A stretch of 64,000 nt of DNA from Patescibacteria group bacterium. GTDB taxonomy: Bacteria > Patescibacteriota > WWE3 > UBA101185 > UBA10185. Below the pieces are notes generated by a model that was given only the letters and a program-made list of their open reading frames with translations, ran no database searches and was not told the DNA's origin. The DNA is taken from the NCBI GenBank assembly GCA_032117075.1, contig JAUMAA010000003.1, forward strand, positions 41,574 through 105,573, given 5' to 3'. Within the stretch, counting starts at the first letter, position 1. Each line of letters starts with the position of its first letter. This document shows positions 47,201 to 57,268 of the stretch, piece by piece. The position numbers and the translations under genes were made by a program.

Positions 47201-47781
47201 TTAACGACACTTTGAGGGTTTGTATTTAAAAGAATTTCATAAAAACCACCATAATAAACAAGTAATGGGACCCCACTAATATTTTCTAAGACAGGATTAC
47301 CATAATATTCAATTCCTGAACTATTTATTTGGACATTAGGCACTGCTACAGTTGATGTAACTGTAGTGGAAACCGCATAACTAGTAGTATAGGTATTATT
47401 AAAAGAGGTGTTAGATGAAAAATCAGAAACAGAAGACACTCCGAAAGTTGGTAATCTATTTACAGTTACAATATTTGTAATCTGTTGATCAACAGTTTTA
47501 ATAGAGTAGGTGGTTTTAGTACAAAAGAAATCCATAAATGGCTGACTATCGTCACACTCAGGTCTAATAACATCTTTCATAAGATAGTTAGTGACTTTAT
47601 AAACATCTTCTGTTTCAGTAGTAGCGGCTAATACTTGAGACCAATCATCTTCCTGGTTAGTGTTTTGATTTGAAATTAAATTAGGGTAGAAGTAGTATCC
47701 AGTAAAAATTAAAACGGATAACATAAATAATTTTATGATCGTCCAATTTGAAATTTTACTAGGAAGTGTAATTCTACCCAT
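44230..47781 (-). CDS. Very large (1183 aa) N/S/T/Y-rich secreted/surface protein encoded within the T4P locus (PilY1-like tip adhesin role possible)
   Basis: Single N-terminal TM/signal anchor, beta-rich low-complexity composition, sits between the pilD and minor pilin genes. Confidence 0.55.
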   Translation of the reverse strand: MGRITLPSKISNWTIIKLFMLSVLIFTGYYFYPNLISNQNTNQEDDWSQVLAATTETEDVYKVTNYLMKDVIRPECDDSQPFMDFFCTKTTYSIKTVDQQITNIVTVNRLPTFGVSSVSDFSSNTSFNNTYTTSYAVSTTVTSTVAVPNVQINSSGIEYYGNPVLENISGVPLLVYYGGFYEILLNTNPQSVVNITRSFKTFGNVGYTAGCKSSWFPSSIAKKNNTVIFGGGGLEDLLENRCYERKDPQGGWGTTYRGNVECLRRAQTLGVPLESNCRLSATESCWDRRYQCVTLNKEGYSQYYNYPNITRMSFNVAPSSFSGPRLSLNPNIFVNQGPSSGGSATRDAKSYCIGKSKNNCAAPFSELEYGINMVLRVSSSGDNRHEWSNASAIKFPNYGIFKDNKGDYKDFYNRVYYGFNPTLQNQSSLNWVFGGYDSPLAAYNLKNRVDLVRIYFPGSSDWYYKYRIENYKFEPVPSLLTFEVVPKLGVGSGVLADYVSDKYYFTLQYANSNLVFKRFEFSGYMGNQPTQTKFIALRNVSLSYLKNVSFSVNSGNDVDILIAPNFVDSKNNLSAKSRMFRAEKFNSPTGTHRLFELNETNGGYKFPSLGPGNNAPLTFRYYNNDDANTDNDYAIFVSRNYVLTSKVPPTTPECVPNYNLVAGGLTLINTDPNSINKGIVPSAIDTTTSTYNLNYTFNSAINLSCPSGIVNVPAGTKMYLTLYDGITSAPLPTTLAANLLSDRKSFNFLNVKSPNFEKYFYKISFNYNGTVYNYPSLGIDPNRYYTLQSFINIFTYLDNQDQDPFADAKMVVTKTFKNVTPQQRNLTAPDGESSFTLHKDTFSNFFWDHDLSKSGNTLIDNVKYKICFTNTADTKVSRIGFTNSTTTSTSSISNNYFTGTINNGCLDLFYKSNVVNSYNLVPQSLDIYLTSGNVQPPTSYLNFRVNGNTMIKRSSDVKFYTTSDVDKRYEGVYVSGSAQGGKNFRLSNTLMGPSYFNIPYFDKLTKAFNFSYTENLVDYALPETQVTSLLLTDTKPSGSVNNFNKIDAFNSVPVSATPTIIYVAKNKQLYFDLTDLNIYNNLENVYFVSTDKSNIKERIVFHVDCSDLENYSLICGNRAVYHLKGGIYGDFKLIGNLSTQNEDRSFINISQNPDVLIYLQQDLRSYKMFNVTRSKTIFKYFND

Positions 47782-47829
47782 ACTATTATTAAAACATATT
47801 TTATGAAAATAATTTTATAAAAACTAATT

Positions 47830-48588
47830 TTAAAAAGAAAAAATTGAAAAGATAAAGGAAAAAAGAGCACCTATCACCAAAAAAGGACCAAAAGGAATTT
47901 GGGATTTTAGTTTTTTTAATTTGAAAATTAAAACTAAAATCCCAAACACACCCCCTAAAATAAATCCAAAATAAAGTGCAGAAATGTTTGCTGGGTAACC
48001 AACTACAATGGAGATAAAACATGCTAGTTTTAAATCCCCACCACCCATACCACCTTTAGATAAAAGTATGATTAGATAAAAAATTGTAAAAATAATAAAA
48101 ACCGATAAAAATTCGGTAAATAAATTATCAAGTGATAAATTTTGCAATATTAAACTTCTATATAAAATTGAAAAAATACTTCCAAAAACAATTATTTCAA
48201 AAGGAATCTCATAAAATTTAAAATCAGTAAAACTAATAATTAAAAATAATGAAAAAATAATTAACAGATATATAAGAAAATTTATTTCAAAATTTTGAAT
48301 CACGGTAATGTAGTATGCAAAAACAAAACTAACACCAGTTAGAATTTCAGAAACAGGGTAGAGTAGTGATAATTTATGACCGCAATAAGAACATCTTCCT
48401 TTTTGGAGTATAAAACTAATAATTGGAATTAGGTTGATAGCCTCAAGCTGATGTCCGCAATGATCACATTTGGATCTGTCTGTAAGAAAGTTTTCCTTAC
48501 GATAAAGGCGGTCGGAAACAACATTAAGGAATGATCCAAGGAATATTCCTAAGAAAAATAATGTTGTTCCGACCGCCCAATCAAACAT
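47830..48588 (-). CDS. pilD: Prepilin peptidase (A24 family)
   Basis: N-terminal tetra-Cys (CDHCGHQL..CSYCGHKL) plus a polytopic membrane domain with GGMGGGDLKL. Confidence 0.8.
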   Translation of the reverse strand: MFDWAVGTTLFFLGIFLGSFLNVVSDRLYRKENFLTDRSKCDHCGHQLEAINLIPIISFILQKGRCSYCGHKLSLLYPVSEILTGVSFVFAYYITVIQNFEINFLIYLLIIFSLFLIISFTDFKFYEIPFEIIVFGSIFSILYRSLILQNLSLDNLFTEFLSVFIIFTIFYLIILLSKGGMGGGDLKLACFISIVVGYPANISALYFGFILGGVFGILVLIFKLKKLKSQIPFGPFLVIGALFSFIFSIFSF

Positions 48589-48600
48589 CTTAAAACCTAA

Positions 48601-49167
48601 CTATTGACCAAACTTATCTGTTCCGCAAGCAGAAAGATCTGTACCAACCTCATAAGCTGTTACATCATCACCACCATCATTTTGCATTTTTGGTGCATCA
48701 TTATCTAGCATAGAATTTATTTCAAATCCTGTAGCAGAAACACAAAAAACATACCTAGCTGTAGCTGTTTTAAGACCTTCAGATGTGGTGTAAGTTACAC
48801 TAGCTGTACCATTCTTAGGGTCTAAAGGTAATACTGCTAAATTTGAAAACTTATAAGGAACTGGTGCGACAGCTGTTGGAACAAACTTTACCCAACCGGT
48901 ACCATCTACTGCCTGGTTATTAGGATTTGCTGTATCCGCTGAATTATACTTTCCAGGTGTTAAAGTAATAAATCCTTGAGCTTGCTCTCTTAATATTCCA
49001 TCTTGGATACTTCTTAAGTCAGAAACTCTCTTGGTATCATTTCCCCTTCCAGTCAATCTTCCTACATCGATATTAGTAAACACAATTGCTACTAATATTC
49101 CAAGAATTACCATGACAATTAGTAATTCTATAAGTGTAAAACCTTTATTGTTGTTGATTTTACTCAT
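48601..49167 (-). CDS. pilA: Type IV major pilin (PilA-like)
   Basis: NNKGFTLIELLIVMVILGILVAIVF class III signal and pilin helix. Confidence 0.75.
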   Translation of the reverse strand: MSKINNNKGFTLIELLIVMVILGILVAIVFTNIDVGRLTGRGNDTKRVSDLRSIQDGILREQAQGFITLTPGKYNSADTANPNNQAVDGTGWVKFVPTAVAPVPYKFSNLAVLPLDPKNGTASVTYTTSEGLKTATARYVFCVSATGFEINSMLDNDAPKMQNDGGDDVTAYEVGTDLSACGTDKFGQ

Positions 49168-49169
49168 AT

Positions 49170-50381
49170 TTATAATCCTCCTACGGTGCCGATAATACTA
49201 TAGATTGGGGTAATCACCGATAAAATTATTCCCCCAACACTAACTCCTAATACTATTAATATAATAGGTTCAATTGCTGCTGACAATCCTTTGATTGCAT
49301 AACTGGATTCATTTGCATAATTGTCTGCAACTTTATCTAGTAGTTCATCTACTTTACCAGTTTCTTCTCCGATTTTAATCATAGAAGGAATAATTGGATC
49401 AAAAAATTTATTGGATCTAAAATAATCAGATAAGTTATTTCCTTTTTCAATATATTTTGAAGCCTCTAAAGAGGCAGTGATAATAATAATGTTAGAAGAA
49501 ACTCTTGCAGAGATTATCAATGCTTCTGTAATCTGAACTCCAGAACCAATTAGCAAAGATAAAATTCTCATATAACTTGAAAGTTCTGTTTGTTTTAAAA
49601 CTTTTCCAATAACTGGAATTTTGAAAAGTATTGTTGACATTATTGATTTTCCTTCAGGAGAAATCAAAAATAATCTTAAAAGAATTCCTCCTGCAATAAT
49701 GACAATTAGAAAAACATACCAGTAATTGATTAACACATTTGATAAATTAATTAAAAATTGAGTATGCCAAGGAAGTTCTTTATCTAATGATTTAAAAATT
49801 TCAGTAAGTTTAGGAACTACATAAACAATTAAAACTAAAATAACAATAATCATTACAACTAAAATTATGGCAGGGTAAATCAAAGCTGCTTTAAGTCTAG
49901 ATTGCAAATCCCTGTTTGATTCATATGTCTCTGCAATTCTTGCAAGAATGCTATCTAACTTACCAGATGATTCTCCTGCTTTTATTAAAGCAGTATAAGA
50001 AGAGTCAAAAATTGCAGGAAACCTAGACATGGCACCAGAAAGGGAAGTACCGGCATCAACATCTTTACTTATTTCAGTTAGTATTTTTTTAAAGTTGTTA
50101 TTAGTGGTTTGGTCAATACAAATCAATAAAGATTTGGTGATAGTTAAACCTGAATTAATCATGGTAGAAAATTCCCTAGAGAATTCAGTAACTTCTTCAA
50201 AACTAACACCTCCAATAGAGGAGAGGGTATCCAAAAAAGATGCATGTTTTTCAGCAATTGAAACAACTATTAAGGATTGAGATTTGAGAATAGTAAGGGC
50301 ATCTTGTTGTGATTTTGCTTCAACTGTACCTGTTTTAGAGTTTCCAAGGGAATCTTTAGCTGAAAAATCATATATCGGCAT
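49170..50381 (-). CDS. pilC: Type IV pilus platform protein PilC (GspF family)
   Basis: Two T2SSF-like repeats with three TM segments; about 400 aa. Confidence 0.85.
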   Translation of the reverse strand: MPIYDFSAKDSLGNSKTGTVEAKSQQDALTILKSQSLIVVSIAEKHASFLDTLSSIGGVSFEEVTEFSREFSTMINSGLTITKSLLICIDQTTNNNFKKILTEISKDVDAGTSLSGAMSRFPAIFDSSYTALIKAGESSGKLDSILARIAETYESNRDLQSRLKAALIYPAIILVVMIIVILVLIVYVVPKLTEIFKSLDKELPWHTQFLINLSNVLINYWYVFLIVIIAGGILLRLFLISPEGKSIMSTILFKIPVIGKVLKQTELSSYMRILSLLIGSGVQITEALIISARVSSNIIIITASLEASKYIEKGNNLSDYFRSNKFFDPIIPSMIKIGEETGKVDELLDKVADNYANESSYAIKGLSAAIEPIILIVLGVSVGGIILSVITPIYSIIGTVGGL

Positions 50382-50383
50382 AA

Positions 50384-51445
50384 TTATTTTTTAATAAGTC
50401 TTTGTAAATTCTCAGGATTTAAAGAATACTTAATAGCAGTATTCAAAGCTACTTTTCCTGTATTTACAAGCTCAGCTAAAGAATTATCCATACTTAACAT
50501 TCCTACATTTGCTGATGTAGCAATAACATTATCAATTGAGAAAATCTTTCCTTCTCTAATAAGACTTCTAGATGCAGAGGTTGCAATTAAAACTTCAGTT
50601 GCAGGGACTAAGTCGTTAGTTACTGTTTCAATTAATCTTTGAGAAACAACCATTTCAAGAGTTAAAGATAATTGATTTCTAATTTGCTCTTGCATTGTTT
50701 GAGGACAGGAAGACAAAATTCTGTCAATTGTTTGAGCTGCCGAATTAGTATGAAGAGTAGAGAATACTAAATGCCCGGTCTCTGCCAAGTTCATCACAGC
50801 TAGCATTGAATCAAAATCGTTAATTTCACCAACCATTATAATGTTAGGGTCAACTCTAGTAATTGATTTTAAAGAAGAAGTCCAGTTAACAGTATCTAAA
50901 GATAACTCTATTTGCTGCACAAAACTTTTTTTTGATTCAAATAAAAATTCAATTGGATCCTCAATTGTAACAATATGTTCAGATCTTGTTTGGTTTATCT
51001 TTTCCATAATACCTGCAATAGTAGTTGATTTTCCCTGACCTGTTGGTCCCGTAACTAAAATCAGACCCTGTTTAAGTTCAATAGCATGATTTAAAACAGG
51101 AGGAAGATTTAGTTTTTCAAGTTCTGGAACTTTGAATGGAATACTCCTTAATGCAACAGCAGGATAACCTTTTTGATTAAAAACTGTTACCCTAAACCGG
51201 ATATTATTTCCAAAATTTACTGATAGATAAAGTTCTTTATTTATTTCAAAAATTTTTCTCTGATCTTGTGTCAAAACTTGAGAAAGAAAATACTCAATAT
51301 CATCAACACTTAAAGGTTGATAGCTTTCTTTAATTAATAATTGTTTTTTAATTCTAAAAATTGGAGGAAGACCTACAGACAAATGTAAGTCTGAAGCACC
51401 ATCTGATATAACTGAATTTACTAACTCTTTTAAATTAATTGCCAT
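50384..51445 (-). CDS. pilT: Twitching motility/retraction ATPase PilT
   Basis: Walker A GPTGQGKSTT, about 350 aa PilT-size secretion ATPase. Confidence 0.8.
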   Translation of the reverse strand: MAINLKELVNSVISDGASDLHLSVGLPPIFRIKKQLLIKESYQPLSVDDIEYFLSQVLTQDQRKIFEINKELYLSVNFGNNIRFRVTVFNQKGYPAVALRSIPFKVPELEKLNLPPVLNHAIELKQGLILVTGPTGQGKSTTIAGIMEKINQTRSEHIVTIEDPIEFLFESKKSFVQQIELSLDTVNWTSSLKSITRVDPNIIMVGEINDFDSMLAVMNLAETGHLVFSTLHTNSAAQTIDRILSSCPQTMQEQIRNQLSLTLEMVVSQRLIETVTNDLVPATEVLIATSASRSLIREGKIFSIDNVIATSANVGMLSMDNSLAELVNTGKVALNTAIKYSLNPENLQRLIKK

Positions 51446-51511
51446 ATTATAATTTACCTACTAAATTAATTGCCATATTTTAAATCTATATTATTTTCAA
51501 ATTAAATACAA

Positions 51512-53305
51512 CTAACTGAGTGCTACCCTCATAACTTCAGAAATATTTGTTTGACCTTCAACTGATTTTAAAAAACCATCCTGCATTAAAGTTACCATTC
51601 CCTGAGAAATAGCAATCTCTTCAATCTCTTGTGCAGATTTTCTTTCGATAGTGGCCTTAGAAATTTCAGGACTCATTGGAAAAAATTCATAAATTCCAAT
51701 TCTTCCTTGATAACCAATATTGTTACACTTATCACAACCAACTGGTCTGAATAATTTAAAGTCACCTTTTTCGATTAACTGGATGCTATCAAATATTTTT
51801 TTATCTTTACTTTCTAAAATATGATTATCTTGAAGTTTCTTTAAGGAATCTTTAACCAAAAGTTTAATATCCTCAGGAGGATCGTATTCTTGTTTACAAT
51901 TAACACAAAGTTTTCTAACTAATCTTTGAGCTAACACTCCGTTACAAGTAGAGGAGAGAAGGTAATTCTCAACATTCATATCTAAAAGTCTCGGTATAGC
52001 ACCAGTTGCGGAATTTGTGTGTAAAGTTGATAGAACCAAGTGACCTGTTAGAGCCGCTTGTATGGCGAGACCTGCGGTCTCGCCATCTCTAATTTCTCCA
52101 ACCATTATTATATTAGGATCTTGCCTTAAAAAACTTCTCAAAGCAGAAGCAAAAGTAAGCCCTGCTTTCACATTTACTTGAACTTGATTTACACCTGGAA
52201 CTCTAATTTCAACCGGATCTTCAATAGTTACAATATTAACTCTAGAGGTATTTAACTTCTGTAATGCCGAGGCTAAAGTCACAGTTTTACCAGAACCTGT
52301 TGGTCCGGTTACTAAAATTATTCCAGTTGGTTTAAGTAGTGCCTCTTCAAACCTTCTTAAGGTCAAGCCTCTCATACCTAAGTCTTGAAAAGAATAAACT
52401 GTAGATTGTTCTTTAAGTAACCTAATCACTACCTTCTCACCAAAAACAGTTGGAAGAGTAGAGACTCTTAAATCGGTAAAAGTATTTCCAACTTGGACTT
52501 TAAATCTTCCATCCTGAGGAATTCTTTTTTCATCAATTTTTAATCCAGATAAAACCTTAATTCTCGCAACTATTGAATCACTCATTTCTTTTGGAAAAGT
52601 CCTTCTTTCCTCTAAAACTCCGTCGATTCTATATCTTAGTCTTACTTTTTCTTCCGAGGGTTCTAAGTGAATATCTGAGGCACCTAGCTTAACTGCTGTT
52701 TCTACAATCATACCGACAATTCTCGCCACAGGAGCATCTTTTAAAACTTCATCATCTTTGGTTAATGTACCGCTACCATCAATCCTTAATGCTTGGGTAG
52801 TTGCGGAAATCTCTTCCATTGCTTTAGTAACATCTTCACCCAAATTCTTAGATCTAGCATCTTCTAAAACATCTTCAATATCCCTTTTGGTAGCTACATA
52901 TGGAACAACTTTTAAATTAGTTTTCTTTTCTAAAAATTCTATAATTTCTAAATTCATCGGATCAGACATAGCGACTTGAAGAATTTCGGACATTTGATTA
53001 AAAGGTGCTAATTCATATTTTTTGGCTAAATCTAATGGGACAAGTTCAAAAAGTTTAGGACTAATCTTCTTTCCTTTGAGAACAACATATTCCATTCCAT
53101 ATACTTGGGAGTAGGCGAGAGCATATTCTTCGCCAGAAACTAAATTTGATTCTTTCAAAACCTCACGAGTAGATTTACCTGTATTGGTGCTTTCTATTCT
53201 CAAAGCATCATATTGCTGTTGATTTATTTTTCCAGCAACAAGTAAAACATCTTCAATAGTCTTGAAATTAGTATTTTGATTTGTACTATAATTCAAATCA
53301 GGCAT
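51512..53305 (-). CDS. pilB: Type IV pilus assembly ATPase PilB (GspE family)
   Basis: N-terminal T2SSE_N-like domains, Walker A GPTGSGKT, tetra-Cys (CVNCK...CDKCNNIGYQG) zinc motif. Confidence 0.85.
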   Translation of the reverse strand: MPDLNYSTNQNTNFKTIEDVLLVAGKINQQQYDALRIESTNTGKSTREVLKESNLVSGEEYALAYSQVYGMEYVVLKGKKISPKLFELVPLDLAKKYELAPFNQMSEILQVAMSDPMNLEIIEFLEKKTNLKVVPYVATKRDIEDVLEDARSKNLGEDVTKAMEEISATTQALRIDGSGTLTKDDEVLKDAPVARIVGMIVETAVKLGASDIHLEPSEEKVRLRYRIDGVLEERRTFPKEMSDSIVARIKVLSGLKIDEKRIPQDGRFKVQVGNTFTDLRVSTLPTVFGEKVVIRLLKEQSTVYSFQDLGMRGLTLRRFEEALLKPTGIILVTGPTGSGKTVTLASALQKLNTSRVNIVTIEDPVEIRVPGVNQVQVNVKAGLTFASALRSFLRQDPNIIMVGEIRDGETAGLAIQAALTGHLVLSTLHTNSATGAIPRLLDMNVENYLLSSTCNGVLAQRLVRKLCVNCKQEYDPPEDIKLLVKDSLKKLQDNHILESKDKKIFDSIQLIEKGDFKLFRPVGCDKCNNIGYQGRIGIYEFFPMSPEISKATIERKSAQEIEEIAISQGMVTLMQDGFLKSVEGQTNISEVMRVALS

Positions 53306-53320
53306 TATTATTACTATATC

Positions 53321-54001
53321 ATGACTGAAAAAAAATTAATTTTTAAAACTTATTTAATATATGGAACAAGTAAATCTTTAAGGGAACAAAAGATTAAAAC
53401 ATTGTTTCCAGATAAATTTAAAATTGAAAACAATCCAGACTTTTTACAAATAAAATTAAGCGATAAAAAAAAGAGTATTGGTATCGAAGAAGTAAAATTT
53501 ATTGGGCAATTTTTACAAACAAAACCACTTTCTCATAAAGTAAAAATTGCCCTTATCTCAGAAGCCAACTCGCTCACTACTGAAGCTCAAAATTCCTTAT
53601 TAAAAACATTAGAGGAACACACAGACAACTCAATAATAATTCTTGAAGATTCTTATATCAATTTTTTACTTCCAACAATTATTTCAAGGTGTATTTTAGA
53701 AAAAGTAGAAAGTAAGATTGATGAAAATGAAAAAATTCCAAGTAACTTTTTTGAGATGAATGTAACTGATAAATTAAATTTCATTGAAACGATTAATAAA
53801 CTTGAAAAAGAAGAAATAATTTCGATTTTAAATTCCAGTTTAAAACAATTAAAAGAAGGGAAGTATCAAAATTTTAAAAAAGAGAATACATTTAATATTA
53901 ATTTAATTGCTAAAACCTGTGAAAATTTAGAAAAATATAATTTAAATACAAGATTAGCCCTAGAAAATTTAGCACTTAACTTACTACCTGTAATGATATA
54001 A
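53321..54001 (+). CDS. holB: DNA polymerase III delta-prime-like clamp-loader subunit (degenerate P-loop)
   Basis: AAA+ clamp-loader-like LIYGTSKS and SEANSLTTEAQNSLLKTLEE (sensor/box VII-like). The track ORF starts 15 codons earlier. Confidence 0.6.
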   Translation: MTEKKLIFKTYLIYGTSKSLREQKIKTLFPDKFKIENNPDFLQIKLSDKKKSIGIEEVKFIGQFLQTKPLSHKVKIALISEANSLTTEAQNSLLKTLEEHTDNSIIILEDSYINFLLPTIISRCILEKVESKIDENEKIPSNFFEMNVTDKLNFIETINKLEKEEIISILNSSLKQLKEGKYQNFKKENTFNINLIAKTCENLEKYNLNTRLALENLALNLLPVMI

Positions 54002-54012
54002 TATGTTGGTCT

Positions 54013-55971
54013 ATGAGTAACAATAACTATTCTTCCGAGCAATTACAAATTCTAGAAGGTTTAGAAGCGGTCAGAAAAAGACCTGGAATGTATATTGGTT
54101 CAACTGGCCAAGTTGGACTTCATCACTGTGTTACTGAAATCGTAAACAACTCAATGGACGAAGCTTTAGCTGGTTTTGCTAACCATATAAGAGTGACATT
54201 TTTTGAAGACGGATCAGTTGGAGTTTACGATAATGGAAGAGGAATTCCCTTTGACTTAAATAAAAAATACAACAAAACCGGACTAGAAATTGCTTTCACA
54301 GTTTTGCACGGAGGAGGTAAATTCGGTGGAGGAGGGTACAAAGTTTCCTCCGGTCTTCACGGAGTAGGTGCTTCTGTTGTTAATGCCTTATCTGAATACT
54401 GTAGAGTTATTTCAAGAAGAGGTGAAGAAATTGTAATTCAGGAATATAAAGACGGTGGAAATGTATTAGGGCCAGTTAGACCTTATAAAGAAGGAGAAAC
54501 TCTACTTAAAGGAATTGAAAGTCCTTTAAACCCACTTGATTGGAATTACTCATCAGGAACAATTGTTCAATTCAAACCAGATAAAACAATATTTGATACT
54601 GTGGATTTCAAATATGAACATTTTGAAAATCAATTAAGAGAGTATGCATATCTTACAGCAAAAGTAAAATTTGAAATTATTGACTACAGATCAGATAAAC
54701 AATATGTTTATTACTTTGAAGGTGGAGTAAAAACATTTCTTAAAAATCTAAATAGAAATAAAAAAGTTATTAATCAATCTCCATTCTATGTTCTTAAAGA
54801 TACCGAGGAACTTTATGTAGAAGCTGCTTTTCAATATAACGATTCATTTAATGAAAATTTTTTAAGTTTTGCAAACCACATTAAAACAGGAGAGGGTGGA
54901 ACCCATTTAACAGGATTTAGAACAGCATTAACTAGAACAATAAATGATTATGCTAAAAAAACAGGGTATTTAAAAGATTCAGAATCTCTAACACCTGACG
55001 ATATTAATGAAGGTTTAACAGCTGTTATCTCTGTCAAATTACAATCTGAGGAACTTCAGTTTGAAGGGCAAACAAAAAACAAATTAGGAAATACTTTTGT
55101 AAGACCATTAGTAGAAAAAATTACTAAAGATGCTATTACAGAATATTTTGATGAGAATCCAAAAGAAGCCAAAGCTATTTTAGAAAAAAATGTTTTAGCG
55201 ATGAAAGCCAGAATGGCTGCAAAAGCTGCAAGAGAAACTGTTATTAGAAAAACATTTTTAGAAGGTGGAGGAGTTCTGCCAGGAAAATTAGCAGACTGCT
55301 CCGAAAAAGATGCTAAAAAAACTGAACTATTTATTGTTGAGGGAGACTCTGCGGGCGGATCTGCAAAACAAGGAAGAGATAGAAAAACACAAGCAATTTT
55401 GCCTTTATTTGGAAAAGTTATTAATACCGAAAGAGCTAGACTTGATAAAGTAGTCTCTTCCGATAAATTTAAGAATTTAATTATCGCTATTGGTTCTGGA
55501 ATTGGGGACCACTATAATCCAGACAAACTCAGGTACCACAAGATTGTTATTATGGCCGATGCTGATATTGATGGAAGTCACATTATGACCCTTTACCTAA
55601 CATTTTTCTTTAGACATATGAGACCACTAGTTGAAAATGGTCATATCTATGTTGCCGTACCTCCTTTATACAAAGCAACTTGGGGTAAAAATAAAAAATA
55701 TCTTTTCACTGATGCCGAAAGAATTGATTTTTTAAAAGCTCATGCAGATAAAAAAATTATTACTCAAAGATTTAAAGGTTTAGGAGAAATGAATTCTGAT
55801 GAATTATGGGAAACTACTATGAACCCAAAAACCAGAAGATTAAAGCAAATAACCGTCTCAGATGCCACAAGAGCTGATATAGTATTTACAACATTAATGG
55901 GCGATGAAGTTCTTCCTAGAAAGAAATTTATCCAAACCAATGCTAAAAAAGCAAATATTGATGTTGCTTAA
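54013..55971 (+). CDS. gyrB: DNA gyrase subunit B
   Basis: GLEAVRKRPGMYIGST, GHKL ATPase, TOPRIM (EGDSAGGSAKQGRDR), C-terminal tail. Adjacent gyrA supports gyrase rather than topo IV. Confidence 0.9.
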   Translation: MSNNNYSSEQLQILEGLEAVRKRPGMYIGSTGQVGLHHCVTEIVNNSMDEALAGFANHIRVTFFEDGSVGVYDNGRGIPFDLNKKYNKTGLEIAFTVLHGGGKFGGGGYKVSSGLHGVGASVVNALSEYCRVISRRGEEIVIQEYKDGGNVLGPVRPYKEGETLLKGIESPLNPLDWNYSSGTIVQFKPDKTIFDTVDFKYEHFENQLREYAYLTAKVKFEIIDYRSDKQYVYYFEGGVKTFLKNLNRNKKVINQSPFYVLKDTEELYVEAAFQYNDSFNENFLSFANHIKTGEGGTHLTGFRTALTRTINDYAKKTGYLKDSESLTPDDINEGLTAVISVKLQSEELQFEGQTKNKLGNTFVRPLVEKITKDAITEYFDENPKEAKAILEKNVLAMKARMAAKAARETVIRKTFLEGGGVLPGKLADCSEKDAKKTELFIVEGDSAGGSAKQGRDRKTQAILPLFGKVINTERARLDKVVSSDKFKNLIIAIGSGIGDHYNPDKLRYHKIVIMADADIDGSHIMTLYLTFFFRHMRPLVENGHIYVAVPPLYKATWGKNKKYLFTDAERIDFLKAHADKKIITQRFKGLGEMNSDELWETTMNPKTRRLKQITVSDATRADIVFTTLMGDEVLPRKKFIQTNAKKANIDVA

Positions 55972-56028
55972 TTCAAATTAAAATTATTAAAGATTACATT
56001 AAACACATTTTTTAGTTATCATGGTTGT

Positions 56029-57231
56029 ATGCCCAGGATATTTTTATACTTATTATTAATTTTAATAGCCCTTGGCATGCTTGGGTTTAGTTATCAAAAT
56101 GAACTTAAAAATTATTACCTTCTTTATTCAAATCAAATCTCAAACGAGGAATTAACCAAATTTAATCAAAAAAAGATTTTTATTAATTTTCCAAATAAAA
56201 GTCATCAATATAGTCTAGAAGAGATAGGTATCTCATTTAACAATAAAAAAGATAGGCAGATTGATGAAAATAAATTTAATTCTTTCAGAACAAATTTAGA
56301 AAAAGAACTTCAGTATCTAACCCAAAACCCTAATATTAATCTAGAAAAAAATGAATTTTATATTCTTGGAATAGATAGCAAAATTTTTCTTGATGAAGAA
56401 AAGTTTCTAAATGAATTAAATTTTAATAATCTTTTACAAAATAATGAGATTAGAATTTCTCCAAAATTTAGAGAGTCTTTTTCATTAAAACAAAATATTG
56501 ATGCTAACCAAAAACTTATTAATAAAATGACAAATAACTCCCTAACCATAAAAATAGGGAGGCAAATATTCATCTTAGATTCTCAGAAATTACAAACATT
56601 TCTTACAAAATATCAGGATCAAAATAATAAAGAGATTATTATTGTAGAAAAAAAGAAAATTGAAGATTATTTATCTAATTTAAAAAAAACACAAAAACTG
56701 CCTGCAGAATTTAATTTAAGTGAGTCTTCTCAAAAACTTACTTCTCATTTACTATTTAGATTAACAGAGGAAGTTCATACTAAAACTTTAGTACTTCCCA
56801 TCACCAGTTCATACACCTTAAATCCAGATTTACATAAAAAATTTATTGAAGTAAATAAATCAAATCAGAGAGCATACCTTTTTGAAAATGGAAATTTAAT
56901 TAAAGAATATGTTATTTCTACTGGGATTACCTGGGAAACTCCGACAGGTAGTTTTAAAGTTTTAAATAAAGTTCCAATGACTATTTCTTACTCATATATC
57001 TGGTACATGCCTTGGTACTTACCAATAGGAACTATCAACGGTCCATTCTACTTTGGGTTTCATGAGGTACCTTATCAAGTAAGTTATAACGGAATGATTT
57101 ATTCTAGGGATCCTGAGACTATAGGAAGTCCTGCGACAGGGGGGTGTATTCAACTCCTTAAAGGACAAGCTAAAGAAGTTTACGACTGGGCTGAAGTGGG
57201 AATGCCTGTTTATATAACTGAAAATAAGTAG
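56029..57231 (+). CDS. L,D-transpeptidase (YkuD domain) protein with N-terminal TM
   Basis: C-terminal YkuD catalytic motif HE...SPATGGCIQL. Confidence 0.75.
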   Translation: MPRIFLYLLLILIALGMLGFSYQNELKNYYLLYSNQISNEELTKFNQKKIFINFPNKSHQYSLEEIGISFNNKKDRQIDENKFNSFRTNLEKELQYLTQNPNINLEKNEFYILGIDSKIFLDEEKFLNELNFNNLLQNNEIRISPKFRESFSLKQNIDANQKLINKMTNNSLTIKIGRQIFILDSQKLQTFLTKYQDQNNKEIIIVEKKKIEDYLSNLKKTQKLPAEFNLSESSQKLTSHLLFRLTEEVHTKTLVLPITSSYTLNPDLHKKFIEVNKSNQRAYLFENGNLIKEYVISTGITWETPTGSFKVLNKVPMTISYSYIWYMPWYLPIGTINGPFYFGFHEVPYQVSYNGMIYSRDPETIGSPATGGCIQLLKGQAKEVYDWAEVGMPVYITENK

Positions 57232-57268
57232 TAAAATAGTAAAGGAGATGGCATAAATCAAGGAGGAT

